Shown here: one piece after another, positions 1 through 9,745 of the stretch
Layout of the letters: the number at the start of each line of letters is the position of its first letter
Numbering within the stretch: the first letter of the stretch is position 1
Assembly (NCBI GenBank): GCA_963665845.2
Contig: OY762492.1
Location: 960,001-1,024,000, forward strand
Length of the DNA: 64,000 bases
Reading direction: 5' to 3'
From: Candidatus Poribacteria bacterium
GTDB lineage: Bacteria > Poribacteria > WGA-4E > GCA-2687025
The notes under the pieces: generated by a model
The model's input: only the letters and a program-made list of their open reading frames with translations
What the model was told of the DNA's origin: nothing
The model's database searches: none
Position numbers and translations under genes: made by a program

Positions 1-1638
1 TCGGGCGTCTCTTCCATCAACCGCCTCTCCTTTTCTCCCGACAGCAGAAAGCTGGCGTCTGACGGCTCCAACGGGATCATAATGTGGGATGTTGAAACGG
101 GCGGGGAAATTGGCGCCCTAGAGGAAGACAGCGGCGCCGATCTGGTTCAGTACTTGCCGGACGGAGAACGGCTTGCGTTCTTCTTAGACGGATCCTTGAT
201 GGTCCGCGATCTCAAAACGGGGGAGCGCGTCCAAGTTATTTCCAGCCCCGCAGCCCCGTTTAGCAAGGCGATTTCGCCGGACGGGCAAAGAGCCGCGCTC
301 AGCTTCTTTTTTGGCGCCGTCCAGGTCTGGAACCTGAACGACGGGAGCCTTCAGGCGGCGTTTGGAGGGAACGACACCGGACCTATTTATTCCGCCGCCT
401 TTTCAAGAGACGGCAAAACGCTTGCCCTCGGCTGCGCCGACGGGGGCGTCCGCCTGTGGGATGTCCATACGCAGCGCTTGCTGCACAGGCTCTGGCAGGC
501 GCCGTATACTTACTACCGCGTCAAATCGGTCGACTTTTCTAAAGACGGAAACACGGTTGCCGGCGCTAGTTATGTTGACATCGCTCTGTGGGATGTGGAA
601 ACGGGGCGGTTCAAAAGAGCGCTCGGCGACGAATATAATCGTCATCACAGAAACTATGGTCCAGCCGTCTATTCGCCGGACGGAGAAACGATCGCAAGCA
701 TTCGATACGATGACAGAGACGGCGGCCGCGTCACCATCATTGAGCTGCGAGACGCCGACACCGGCGAAGCGACCCAGGCGATCACGATCGGGGACGGATT
801 GTATTGGCAGTCGTTCATGACCTACTCGCCCGACGGGCGGACGATTGCGTATGCAGGGTCCCAGTTCTTCAATGTTGAAACGGGGCGGCTCCGCGCAACC
901 GTAACACATCATTCTCCCGCCTATTGCCTCGCCTATTCTCCGGACGGCGGAACCTTCGCTGTCGGGCATAGAGACGGAACGGTCGCGATCTGGAACGCGC
1001 AGACCTACAGGCGGATCCGAACGATACAGGCGCAGCCGATCACTGACCAGACGCCTAGATATTCCCGCTATGTCAATGCAGTTGCGTATTCGCCGAACGG
1101 GCGGACGCTTGCCAGCGGAGGCGTTGACGGACTGGTTCGGCTCTGGGGTACAGACAGCGGGAAGTTGAAAGCGGTTTTAAAAGGGCATGCGGGATCGGTC
1201 TATGCGCTTGCCTATTCGCCGGACGGGCGTTATCTCGTCAGCGGCGGCTCCGACGGCTCAGCTCAGCTGTGGAACATGGGCATCAACGGCGGCAAGCCGA
1301 TTCAATGGGCAGACATACGCCTCCCAGAAGAAGCAAACGCGCCCGCGGCCCCTGCCCTCCTGCAAAATTACCCAAACCCGTTCAACCCTGAAACATGGAT
1401 CCCCTTTGACCTGTCGGAAACCTCCACCGTCCGCATCGCCATCTACAACGGCGCGGGCGAGCTGATCCGCGCGTTAGACCTTGGAACGCTGCCGGCGGGC
1501 TACTATCGAAGCCGACAGAAAGCGGCTTACTGGGACGGACGCAACGACCTCGGCGAACGGGCGGCAAGCGGCGTCTACTTTGCGCGCATAGAGGCGGGAT
1601 CGTTCACGGCGCTTCGGCGCATGGTTCTGTTTAAATAA
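1..1638 (+). CDS. WD40-repeat protein with C-terminal FlgD-Ig/T9SS-CTD-like domain (5' truncated by window edge)
   Basis: Frame is open from base 1. Many WD40 blades (LAYSPDG...LWD). Tail LLQNYPNPFNPETWIPF...YWDGRNDLGERAASGVYF. Confidence 0.9.
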   Translation, partial: SGVSSINRLSFSPDSRKLASDGSNGIIMWDVETGGEIGALEEDSGADLVQYLPDGERLAFFLDGSLMVRDLKTGERVQVISSPAAPFSKAISPDGQRAALSFFFGAVQVWNLNDGSLQAAFGGNDTGPIYSAAFSRDGKTLALGCADGGVRLWDVHTQRLLHRLWQAPYTYYRVKSVDFSKDGNTVAGASYVDIALWDVETGRFKRALGDEYNRHHRNYGPAVYSPDGETIASIRYDDRDGGRVTIIELRDADTGEATQAITIGDGLYWQSFMTYSPDGRTIAYAGSQFFNVETGRLRATVTHHSPAYCLAYSPDGGTFAVGHRDGTVAIWNAQTYRRIRTIQAQPITDQTPRYSRYVNAVAYSPNGRTLASGGVDGLVRLWGTDSGKLKAVLKGHAGSVYALAYSPDGRYLVSGGSDGSAQLWNMGINGGKPIQWADIRLPEEANAPAAPALLQNYPNPFNPETWIPFDLSETSTVRIAIYNGAGELIRALDLGTLPAGYYRSRQKAAYWDGRNDLGERAASGVYFARIEAGSFTALRRMVLFK

Positions 1639-1658
1639 GGCGGTTGAAAGGATACGTT

Positions 1659-3938
1659 ATGAAAGCGGCAGCGTTTTTAATGAGCGCATTGGCGCTGTTG
1701 GTTGCGTCTTCGGCGTCGGGCGTAGATGTTCAGGTGTATGAGGACGCAATCGATCTGTCGCGCAATACAGGTCATTGGGGATCTATTACAGCAACCGCGT
1801 TTTCTCCCGACAAAAAGACGCTTGCAACAGCCGCCTACGACGACTCGATCCTGTTATGGGACGTCGACGATGGGCGCATCCGAGGCCAACTAACTGGTCC
1901 TCAAGGATATGTCAGCGCGCTTGCGTATTCCCCCGACGGCTCCGAACTTGCTGCCGGCGACTCCGATGGAACCATTCAGATTTTGGACGCTGAAACGGGC
2001 GCGCTGAAAGCGACTCTTGAACAGCATGAGAAGCGGATCGATTCGCTGGCATATAGTTCGGACGGCAAGACGCTTCTCAGCGCCGGCGACGGAATAATGG
2101 TCTGGGACGCCGAGAAAAAGGAGCTGATCAAAAGTATCGGCGAACGTACCATAACGTACAGGGAACTGACGTTTTCGTCCGACGGCAGCGCGATCGCCGG
2201 CGTTCTCAAAGCCGACATCTTCGTAAATAGAACCGGCGCTATTGAATTGTGGGATGTCGACAGCGGCGCTCTCAAGAGGCGGATCGATCCAACGCATATC
2301 GACAACATCCGGTCGCTCTCTTTTTCTTCCGACAGCAGAACGCTTGCCGCCGCCGGTTTTCTCGGGATCAGGTTGTGGGATGTTGAAACCGGCGCGCCGA
2401 TCAACGCCTTAGAGGAATACAGCAGCGTCAGCGTCAGGAAGGTACATTTTTTGCCGGACGGGAAACGGATCGCGCTCTTTATTGGCAGATCAATTTATAC
2501 GCTTGATCTGAACACAGGCGAGCGGTTCCTCGTCATGACCAGCTTGATGACCTCAACCAGCGAGTCCATTTCGCTGGACGGAGAACGGGTCGCGCTCGGT
2601 TTTGGGGACGCCTCCGTTCAAATCTGGAACCTGAACGACAGGAGCCTGCATGCGGCGTTCGAATGCGACAATACAGGACCTGTTTGCTCTGCCGCTTTTT
2701 CGCGCGACGGCAAAACGCTCGCGGTCGGCTCCTATGACGGAAGCGTCCGCCTGTGGGATGTCCCGACGCTGCGCTTCCTGCACAAGCTCTGGCAGGCTCC
2801 ATATTCAAATCATTCTATCGATTTTTCTAAAGACGGAAAAACCGTCCTAGGCGCCAATTATACTGACGTCGCCCTGTGGGATGTGGAAACTGGACAATTT
2901 AAAAGAGCGTTCAATGTCGAACCCGGCAATGTAGAAAAATATGTCGCTCCGGCTGCCTATTCGCCGGATGGAAAAACGATCGCAAGCATTCGATATGTTT
3001 ACAGGGACACCGGCGTCAGAGATGTCATTGAGCTTCAGGACGCCGACACCGGCGAGACGATCCAACAGATATCGATCGGGGGCGGGTTTTATTCACGGGG
3101 ACTCATGGACTACTCGCCGGACGGGCGGACGATTGCGCTTGCGGGTTCGCTGTTTTATAACGTTGAAACGGGGCGGCTCCGAGCGACTGTCACGCACCAT
3201 TCCATTCCCGATTGCTTCGCGTATTCGCCGGACGGCGGAGCCTTCGCTGTCGGACATCGAGACGGAACGATCACCATCTGGAACGCGCAGACCTACAAGC
3301 GGATCCGGACGATCCAGGCGCATCCCGTCTATAACCATGCGCCTAGATATATCCGCTACGTTGAAGCGGTTGCGTATTCGCCGGACGGTCAGACGCTCGC
3401 CAGCGGGGGCGACGACGGGCTGGTTCGGCTCTGGCAGACTGAAACGGGCGGGCTGAAAGCGATTTTGAAAGGGCATACGAGATGGGTTGAGGCGCTCGCG
3501 TATTCGCCGGACGGGCGTTATCTTGTCAGCGGCTCCTACGACGGAACCCTGCTGCTCTGGAACATGCGCCGAGGCGAACAGACGCCGATTCAATGGGCGG
3601 ACATACGCCTCCCAGAAGAAGCGCCGGAAGACGCAAACGCGCCTGCGGCCCCTGCCCTCCTGCAAAATTACCCAAACCCGTTCAACCCTGAAACGTGGAT
3701 CCCCTTCGACCTGGCGGAAACCTCCGCCGTCCGCATTTCCATCTACAACGGCGCGGGCGAGATGATTCGCAAATTAGACCTTGGGACGATGCCGGCGGGC
3801 TACTACCGAAGCCGACAAAAAGCGGCTTACTGGGACGGACGCAACGACCTCGGCGAACGGGCGGCAAGCGGGATCTACTTTGCGCGCATAGAGGCGGGGT
3901 CGTTCACGGCGGTTCGGCGCATGTTCCTTTTAAAATGA
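1659..3938 (+). CDS. Secreted WD40-repeat protein with C-terminal FlgD-Ig/T9SS-CTD-like domain; paralog of the upstream gene
   Basis: Signal peptide MKAAAFLMSALALLVASSASG, many WD40 repeats, same tail as 1..1638. AAGGA RBS lies before ATG 1659. Confidence 0.9.
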   Translation: MKAAAFLMSALALLVASSASGVDVQVYEDAIDLSRNTGHWGSITATAFSPDKKTLATAAYDDSILLWDVDDGRIRGQLTGPQGYVSALAYSPDGSELAAGDSDGTIQILDAETGALKATLEQHEKRIDSLAYSSDGKTLLSAGDGIMVWDAEKKELIKSIGERTITYRELTFSSDGSAIAGVLKADIFVNRTGAIELWDVDSGALKRRIDPTHIDNIRSLSFSSDSRTLAAAGFLGIRLWDVETGAPINALEEYSSVSVRKVHFLPDGKRIALFIGRSIYTLDLNTGERFLVMTSLMTSTSESISLDGERVALGFGDASVQIWNLNDRSLHAAFECDNTGPVCSAAFSRDGKTLAVGSYDGSVRLWDVPTLRFLHKLWQAPYSNHSIDFSKDGKTVLGANYTDVALWDVETGQFKRAFNVEPGNVEKYVAPAAYSPDGKTIASIRYVYRDTGVRDVIELQDADTGETIQQISIGGGFYSRGLMDYSPDGRTIALAGSLFYNVETGRLRATVTHHSIPDCFAYSPDGGAFAVGHRDGTITIWNAQTYKRIRTIQAHPVYNHAPRYIRYVEAVAYSPDGQTLASGGDDGLVRLWQTETGGLKAILKGHTRWVEALAYSPDGRYLVSGSYDGTLLLWNMRRGEQTPIQWADIRLPEEAPEDANAPAAPALLQNYPNPFNPETWIPFDLAETSAVRISIYNGAGEMIRKLDLGTMPAGYYRSRQKAAYWDGRNDLGERAASGIYFARIEAGSFTAVRRMFLLK

Positions 3939-4580
3939 GAGGCGCGCCGCTTCGACAGCCGACGCCAACTCCCGCGCCGCGTTCGTCAACAAGCCGAAAC
4001 TGCCCTCGGCGATCCAGTCTCTCTTCGCCAGGGCGCTGCCGACGCCGACCGCCGCCGCCCCCGCCTTCAGATATTCTCCCGCGTTCGATGCGTCAATCCC
4101 TCCCGTCGGGACAGGCGATAAGTGCGGCATCGGCGCCAAGATGTCTTTTAAAAAACGCGGACCGAGCAGGTTTGCAGGAAATATTTTTACAAAATTCGCC
4201 CCCGCTTCATGCGCCGTCAACGCCTCCGTCGGCGTGAAGGCGCCCGCCATGGACGGAACCTGATACCGCCGGCACACCTGCATGACCTCCGCCTTCACAA
4301 CCGGCGACACCACAAATTCAGCGCCCGCCAAAAGAGCCGCCCGCGCCGTCTCTCCGTCCAAAACCGACCCGACGCCGACGACCATCTCGCCAGTCGCCGC
4401 GCTGCGCGCCGCTTCAATCGCCGCGAGCGCGTTCGGCGTCGTCATCGTGATCTCCACAATATCAACGCCGCCCTCCGCCAGCGCCAGCGCCGTTGACACA
4501 AGCCGCTCGGAGCTGTCGGCGCGCAGAATAGCGACGACGCCCCGCTCTCGTATCCGCGCGCATAGATCATGATGGTTCAT
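3930..4580 (-). CDS. eda: KDPG/KHG aldolase
   Basis: Motifs VVAILRA, GVDIVEITMTTP, GAEFVVSP, VKIFPA, PTGGID. Confidence 0.9.
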   Translation of the reverse strand: MNHHDLCARIRERGVVAILRADSSERLVSTALALAEGGVDIVEITMTTPNALAAIEAARSAATGEMVVGVGSVLDGETARAALLAGAEFVVSPVVKAEVMQVCRRYQVPSMAGAFTPTEALTAHEAGANFVKIFPANLLGPRFLKDILAPMPHLSPVPTGGIDASNAGEYLKAGAAAVGVGSALAKRDWIAEGSFGLLTNAARELASAVEAARLSF

Positions 4581-7500
4581 GGAGAGTCTCCTCCGTTTTC
4601 GTTTTGGACGGCGGCGGACGCTTGCCAAGCGCGAAAGGCGAGAAGCCCATCCTCGGCGTTCAGCAGCGGCAGAACCGCCGGCAGCGCCGCCTGCGCCTCC
4701 GCCCCCTCGTCCGCGATGGTTTGAAGCGCCGACAGGCGCGCCGCGAGCGGAACCTGCTCATCGGCGATCTTCTCGGACGCGAACGCGTACTCGCCCAGCT
4801 GGATCAGCGCTTTCAGGGCATACCGCCGAACGGCGGCGTCCGCGTCGTTTTCAAACGCTTCTTTCAGCGGTTCTACCGCCGCCGCATGCCTCATTTCGCC
4901 CAGCGCGAGCGGGACGTTCCGCCGCTCTTCGACGCTCCCCGCGTTTGTCAACAGGTCGATGAGAACGCCGCCGGCGCGCGTTCCGCCCGCATGTCCGAGC
5001 GACCGGATCGCATGCGCGCGAATATGCTTGTCTGCGTTGTTTTCGATGATGTCCAGAAGCGCGTCCGCCGTGTCCGTCCCTGGTATGCGCCCCATCGGCC
5101 GCGGCGCATGCCGCCGCGCGGCTACAGGCGCCCATTCATTCTCCGTCATCGTTTGAAGGGCGGGCAGCAGCCGGCGCGGCATCGGCAGATTTTGAGCCGC
5201 GCGCGCCGCCGCTTCCCAAAAAATATAATGGTCAACCGCCTCGATCTGTCCGAGCGTTCGCTCCGTCGGGTCTAAAAGTCGGTCCGCCAGCGCCTGGCTT
5301 GCCCGATTTCCCCCAATCTGCCCAAGCGAAACCGCCGCCGCGATGCGCGCGTCCCGCGACTCGCCGCGCGATTCCAGTATCCGCGCGAGCGCGCCCGCCG
5401 CCTCTTCAGCCCGCGCATTTCCGACCGCTTTGAGTACCGCCAGCCGAGTCAGCCCGATCTCTCTCGGCAGAAGTTCATACAAGGCATCGACCGCCTTCTC
5501 TCCGCCGATGAGACCGAGCGCGTCAATGGCGGCGATGCGAGTCGCTTCATCTTCCGAACGGCGCAGCGCAACGCGCGACAACGCCTCGGACGCCTCCTCG
5601 GCGCGAATCGTTCCAAGGGCTGTTGCCGCCGCCGCCCGTATGTTCGGATGGTTCGATTCCAGCGCTTCCATGAGCGACGCCGCCGACCTGCGCGCATAGG
5701 ACGCGCCGAGACTCCATGCCGCCGCCGCCCGTATGCGCGCCCGTTCCTTCTCGTCGGCGAGGATTCGCTGAAGCGGCTCCGCCCCCTTCACAAGACGGAT
5801 AAGTCCAAGCGCCTCCACGGCGCGCTGTCGGGCTGTCGCGCTTTCATCCGCCTCAATGATGCGCAGCGCTTCGTCGTAGGTCTGCGGCGCCTTGATACGC
5901 GCTAAAATGTCGATGGCAACCGCTCTCGTTTGCGCGTTTGGATGGCGCAGCGCGGGAAGCAGCGGCGCGGCAGAATCCGCCCCGTTGTCCAGAACGCGCG
6001 GCGCGCCCGCCGAAATCAACGACGCGCGCGCCTTTGTCGCTAAAGGCGAGGACATGTCTAAATCCCGATCGGTCAACACGTTTGCCAAACCTCGTATCGT
6101 GGAGTCGATCTTGATCTCGCGCAGGGAGTGGGCGGCGTTGACGCGCGTCGTTTCATAATCGTCTTCGCGTATCGCTTTGAGCAGCGCGCGGACGGCGTCT
6201 TCGCCGCGGTGTTTTTCCATCGCCGAAGCGCAGGCGGCGCGCACCGAGCCGACCTCGTCGTTCAGCATGGCGTCCATGAGCGCCTCTTTGCCCTTGGCGA
6301 TCTCCTTGAGCGCGAGCGCCGCCGCTTTTCGCACGGAGGCGCTCTGGTCGTTTTGAAGCGTTTCAACGAGCGCCTCTTCCGCCTCGGCGCCTTTGATCTT
6401 GCGGTATGCGTGGACAATCTCGGTTCGCGCCAGGCTCGGTATCGCCTTCACTTCGCGGAAGCTGCGGTAACCAGCCGTCCATCCCATGCGCTTCCATTCG
6501 TCGTTGAGGCGGTTTTCGTTTCCGTAAAGCTGCTTGATTCTGCGCAGAAAATCTTTCTGGTCTTCGCGCCCGATGCGCAGTATTTCGCGCATGGCGGGGG
6601 CGGCGTCTTCGGCGTCCGCGCCGAGGTCGCCGAGAGCGAGAGCCGCCGCTTTTCGCAAAGTGTCCGGCTCTTTTTCGTCTAAAAGAACGGTCAACAGCGC
6701 GCGCGAAGCCCCCGGCGGTTTGACGCGGCTCAACGCCTGCACAGCGGCGGCGCGGGCGCTTTCGCGGTAACCTCTCGACACCGCCGTTTCGCGGTCGACA
6801 GCCGACAATAGCCACTCGGTCGAACCGCTTTCTTTAAAGGCGCTCAAAGCGTTCACTGCGGCGAGACGCGCGCGCGGATCCCGCGCCGACAACAGCGCCT
6901 TGTCGACCCGCTCAACAGCCTCCCGCGGGCGCATCGTTTCTAGCGCGGCGATCACAGCCGCTTGCGCTTCCGCCTCCCGTTCGTTTTCCACCCGTTTTAA
7001 TAAGGCGGGCGCCGCGTCCAGATCGTTCATATTTCCAAGCAGTTTCACCGCCGCGGCGCGAATGCGTATGTCCGCGTCGTCCAGATATTCCATCAGAAGC
7101 GGAAGCGAGGGGTTTCCGAACGCTTGCAGCGCCGACGACGCGGCGGAACGCAGATCGTCGTTGGCGAAGGCGTCCGCAAAGAGGTTGAGCGCGCGCTGGC
7201 GCTGAAGATCGCTCATGACGGTCGCTTCGCGCAGATTGACGAGAACATCCGCCGCTTGCCCGAACAGAGCGCGCCGTCTTGCCGCCTCTCTGTCAGGGTC
7301 AAAAACGGCGACCGCGGAGAGCTGGGCGGTCTCCCATCCGCCTTCCAGCAGCTCCAACAGCGGCGGAATGGAGGCGTCGCGCAGCGAGACGAGAGCCGCC
7401 GAGGCGCGTTCAATCACATAGGCGTTGTCGTCGCCGAGGCGCTGAATGAGCGTCGGTACCGCTTCGCCCACGAGCGCGGGGCGCCGCAGCAGTTCTAGCG

Positions 7501-8314
7501 CGAGCAGGTCTGCCGCCTGCGCGCGCGCCCGCGCCGAGCCGACCGCATAGGAGCCGTCCGCGTTGAGCCGCAGCATTTCCATGAGCGCGCGCGCCGCTTC
7601 GGGCGCGTTGATTTTATAAAGCGCGCCGGGCAGCTCATACAGCGGTTCTGCCGCCGTTTCAACGCCGATGCGCCGCCGCAGCGGTTCCGCATCCTCCGCG
7701 TTTTGAAGCCTTCCCAGAAAATGTACCGCTTGCGCCCGCGCGGTCGGGCCGCCGCTTTCGAGCGCCTTCAGCAGAAACGGTCGGGCGCTGCCTCCGAGAG
7801 TCTGCAAGAGTTGGCGCGAGTCGTTCAGCGCCTGCGGATGCAGCGCCTTGCCGGCAAGAAGCGCCGTCTCCGCCGTCCAGTCGGCATGGCTGCGCAGCTC
7901 TTCGTCCGGGCGCGCCGCGAGAAAAGCGGCGAGGCTCCGCGCCGCCGTATCGCGGGCGGAATTGAGCAGCCGAACCGTTTGCGCCTCTCGGTTGTCGATC
8001 TCCTCCGCCTTCGCGCGCGTTTCGATGGCGCGCGCGAAGGCGTCCGCCCCCCGCAGCTGTTTCAGGATGTCAGGGTACGCCTGTTCCCAGTCGCTGGGCA
8101 TGAAGAGCGACATCTGTACAGCGCCGCTGAGTTCGGTCGAAAAAGCGCCGACGCCGTTCAGCAGCTCGGCGATTTTTTCAGGTTCAGCGCCGCGTTCCAC
8201 GGCGCGGCGAACTTTGTAAAGCGCCGCTTCGTCGTTGGACCCGCAGGCGGCGACGGCCGCCGCCATGACGCACACGGCGGCCGTCCGCCAAAATGTTGTG
8301 TGGATGCTGCGCAT
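4577..8314 (-). CDS. Large HEAT/PBS-lyase repeat lipoprotein
   Basis: Many ..VR..AA.ALG.. HEAT repeats over ~1245 aa. Lipobox-like AAAVAAC. Overlaps the eda start (ATGA). Confidence 0.8.
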   Translation of the reverse strand: MRSIHTTFWRTAAVCVMAAAVAACGSNDEAALYKVRRAVERGAEPEKIAELLNGVGAFSTELSGAVQMSLFMPSDWEQAYPDILKQLRGADAFARAIETRAKAEEIDNREAQTVRLLNSARDTAARSLAAFLAARPDEELRSHADWTAETALLAGKALHPQALNDSRQLLQTLGGSARPFLLKALESGGPTARAQAVHFLGRLQNAEDAEPLRRRIGVETAAEPLYELPGALYKINAPEAARALMEMLRLNADGSYAVGSARARAQAADLLALELLRRPALVGEAVPTLIQRLGDDNAYVIERASAALVSLRDASIPPLLELLEGGWETAQLSAVAVFDPDREAARRRALFGQAADVLVNLREATVMSDLQRQRALNLFADAFANDDLRSAASSALQAFGNPSLPLLMEYLDDADIRIRAAAVKLLGNMNDLDAAPALLKRVENEREAEAQAAVIAALETMRPREAVERVDKALLSARDPRARLAAVNALSAFKESGSTEWLLSAVDRETAVSRGYRESARAAAVQALSRVKPPGASRALLTVLLDEKEPDTLRKAAALALGDLGADAEDAAPAMREILRIGREDQKDFLRRIKQLYGNENRLNDEWKRMGWTAGYRSFREVKAIPSLARTEIVHAYRKIKGAEAEEALVETLQNDQSASVRKAAALALKEIAKGKEALMDAMLNDEVGSVRAACASAMEKHRGEDAVRALLKAIREDDYETTRVNAAHSLREIKIDSTIRGLANVLTDRDLDMSSPLATKARASLISAGAPRVLDNGADSAAPLLPALRHPNAQTRAVAIDILARIKAPQTYDEALRIIEADESATARQRAVEALGLIRLVKGAEPLQRILADEKERARIRAAAAWSLGASYARRSAASLMEALESNHPNIRAAAATALGTIRAEEASEALSRVALRRSEDEATRIAAIDALGLIGGEKAVDALYELLPREIGLTRLAVLKAVGNARAEEAAGALARILESRGESRDARIAAAVSLGQIGGNRASQALADRLLDPTERTLGQIEAVDHYIFWEAAARAAQNLPMPRRLLPALQTMTENEWAPVAARRHAPRPMGRIPGTDTADALLDIIENNADKHIRAHAIRSLGHAGGTRAGGVLIDLLTNAGSVEERRNVPLALGEMRHAAAVEPLKEAFENDADAAVRRYALKALIQLGEYAFASEKIADEQVPLAARLSALQTIADEGAEAQAALPAVLPLLNAEDGLLAFRAWQASAAVQNENGGDSP

Positions 8315-8422
8315 GCGCGCCCCTCTCTTGAAACCGATCCTAATGCAGAAAACGCGCCGGCGGCTCTTCAACCCTGCAATTCTGGATCAGACGCAAGCTC
8401 CGCTCTGTCAAGTTTGCCCGCT

Positions 8423-9130
8423 CTATTTGATCTTTGCCATAAGGATGCTGGTGAGCAGTTCCACCTTCGCTTCGAGCGCCACGACGCGCATTTCAAGGCT
8501 TCGGACATCGGGCGCGGCGGATGTCGGCGCAGGCGCTGGAGCCGGCGCTGGAGCCGGCGGCGTTTCAACGGCGGCGGCGGGCAGGAGCGGTTCGATCGGC
8601 GTTTCTTCCTCTTTCACTGCAGGTTCAGGCGTCGGCTCCAGTTCAGGTTCAGGTTCCGGCTCCGGCTCCGGTTCAGGCTCCGGTTCAAAGGTGCGCCCTT
8701 CCAGGTAGCGCTCGTTCCCCTCGCCGCCAAACTCGCTGAACGCGTCCAGCGCGGAGATGACCGTTTCGGCTCCGAGCTTCAGCCCGACTTGTTCAACCAG
8801 CGCATCCTGTATCTCGCTGATGGACATCGGCGCTCTCGCCTCTTCAAACATTTGATGAAGGCTCTGGTACAGGTTGGGTCCGCCGCGCCGCACGGTTAAG
8901 CGGGCGGGCGAGCTCTCAACGAGTTGGACAAGTTCTTTCAGCACCTCGTTGACATCGAACATATAACGAAAGCGCGAGGATTCGGTGCCGGGGTGAAGCG
9001 GAATCTGTACGGCTCCGATTTCGCCGTCTCTGGCGCGGGCGCGTATGGTGAGATCGCTGCCTCTTCCGAGTATCGTTTTCACATCTGCAATCGGCACGCG
9101 ACGCGCGCCTTCCACCATTTCTTCAGGCAT
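8423..9130 (-). CDS. Hypothetical protein, putative DNA-binding (HTH + winged HTH, (EP)n/(PA)n linker, C-terminal coiled coil)
   Basis: GAAAGGA RBS before MPEEM. Low-complexity EP/PA linker. Heptad C-terminus VRSLEMRVVALEAKVELL. Confidence 0.65.
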   Translation of the reverse strand: MPEEMVEGARRVPIADVKTILGRGSDLTIRARARDGEIGAVQIPLHPGTESSRFRYMFDVNEVLKELVQLVESSPARLTVRRGGPNLYQSLHQMFEEARAPMSISEIQDALVEQVGLKLGAETVISALDAFSEFGGEGNERYLEGRTFEPEPEPEPEPEPEPELEPTPEPAVKEEETPIEPLLPAAAVETPPAPAPAPAPAPTSAAPDVRSLEMRVVALEAKVELLTSILMAKIK

Positions 9131-9178
9131 GCGGTTCCTTTCATTTAAAAAAACATGCTCGCAACGACGCATAGCGAT

Positions 9179-9208
9179 ATGATATGCTATTCAATATGTT
9201 TATGTCAA
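9179..9208 (-). promoter_or_regulatory. Sigma70-type promoter for 8423..9130
   Basis: Minus strand reads TTGACA-N18-TATCAT. Confidence 0.5.
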
Positions 9209-9219
9209 CAGCGGCGCTT

Positions 9220-9676
9220 CTGACCTTAAGGCTTTAGTTGGGGTAAGTCGGCGAATGCGCGCGATGACGACCGATAGGGCGCGGGGTTTCTAGACTCCCC
9301 TTGAAAAGGGGGTTTCTAAACTCCCCCTTGAAAAGGGGGGCTGGGGGGTTTTTTTAGCCGCGCCCAAAATGCATGTCCTCGCGGGCATGTCCTCGTAAAA
9401 ACGGGGAAGCGGGGAAGGGAGCGCGCGGGTTGCGCTTGGTTTTGAACTAGGATTTTCAGGATTTTGAGATGCGGCATGTGGTGGGCGGTGTGTCGGTTTT
9501 TAGCAATTCTCCTGGCAATCTTTTCAATCATGCAAATCTTAGTTCAAACAGCAGACGGTTTCGGGTTCGCCTCTAGATTCCCGCTTGCGCGGGAATGACG
9601 GCGTGTTGGCGACGCTTTTTCCCATGAAGAAAGGCTTTAGTCGTAACAACTGTCCCAACTTAAGACGTGATGTCAG
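9220..9676. mobile_element. Composite MITE-like element (CTGAC terminal inverted repeats) carrying several REP-like modules
   Basis: Left end CTGACCTTAAGGCTTTAGTTGGGG; right end TGTCCCAACTTAAGACGTGATGTCAG. Internal modules recur at 25490-25946 and 41571-41733. Confidence 0.6.
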
Positions 9677-9745
9677 GGGTTCTGAATTGCGTTTCGCGCG
9701 CCGATGCGCTACAATCGATTCCATGAAACCCCGCGAGAGAGAACC

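Noticed and set aside
3930-3938. Convergent 3' overlaps (also 26813-26833, 30675-30678, 53994-53997) as antisense regulation
   Set aside because: Overlaps of 4-21 bp are common in compact genomes; no further evidence.
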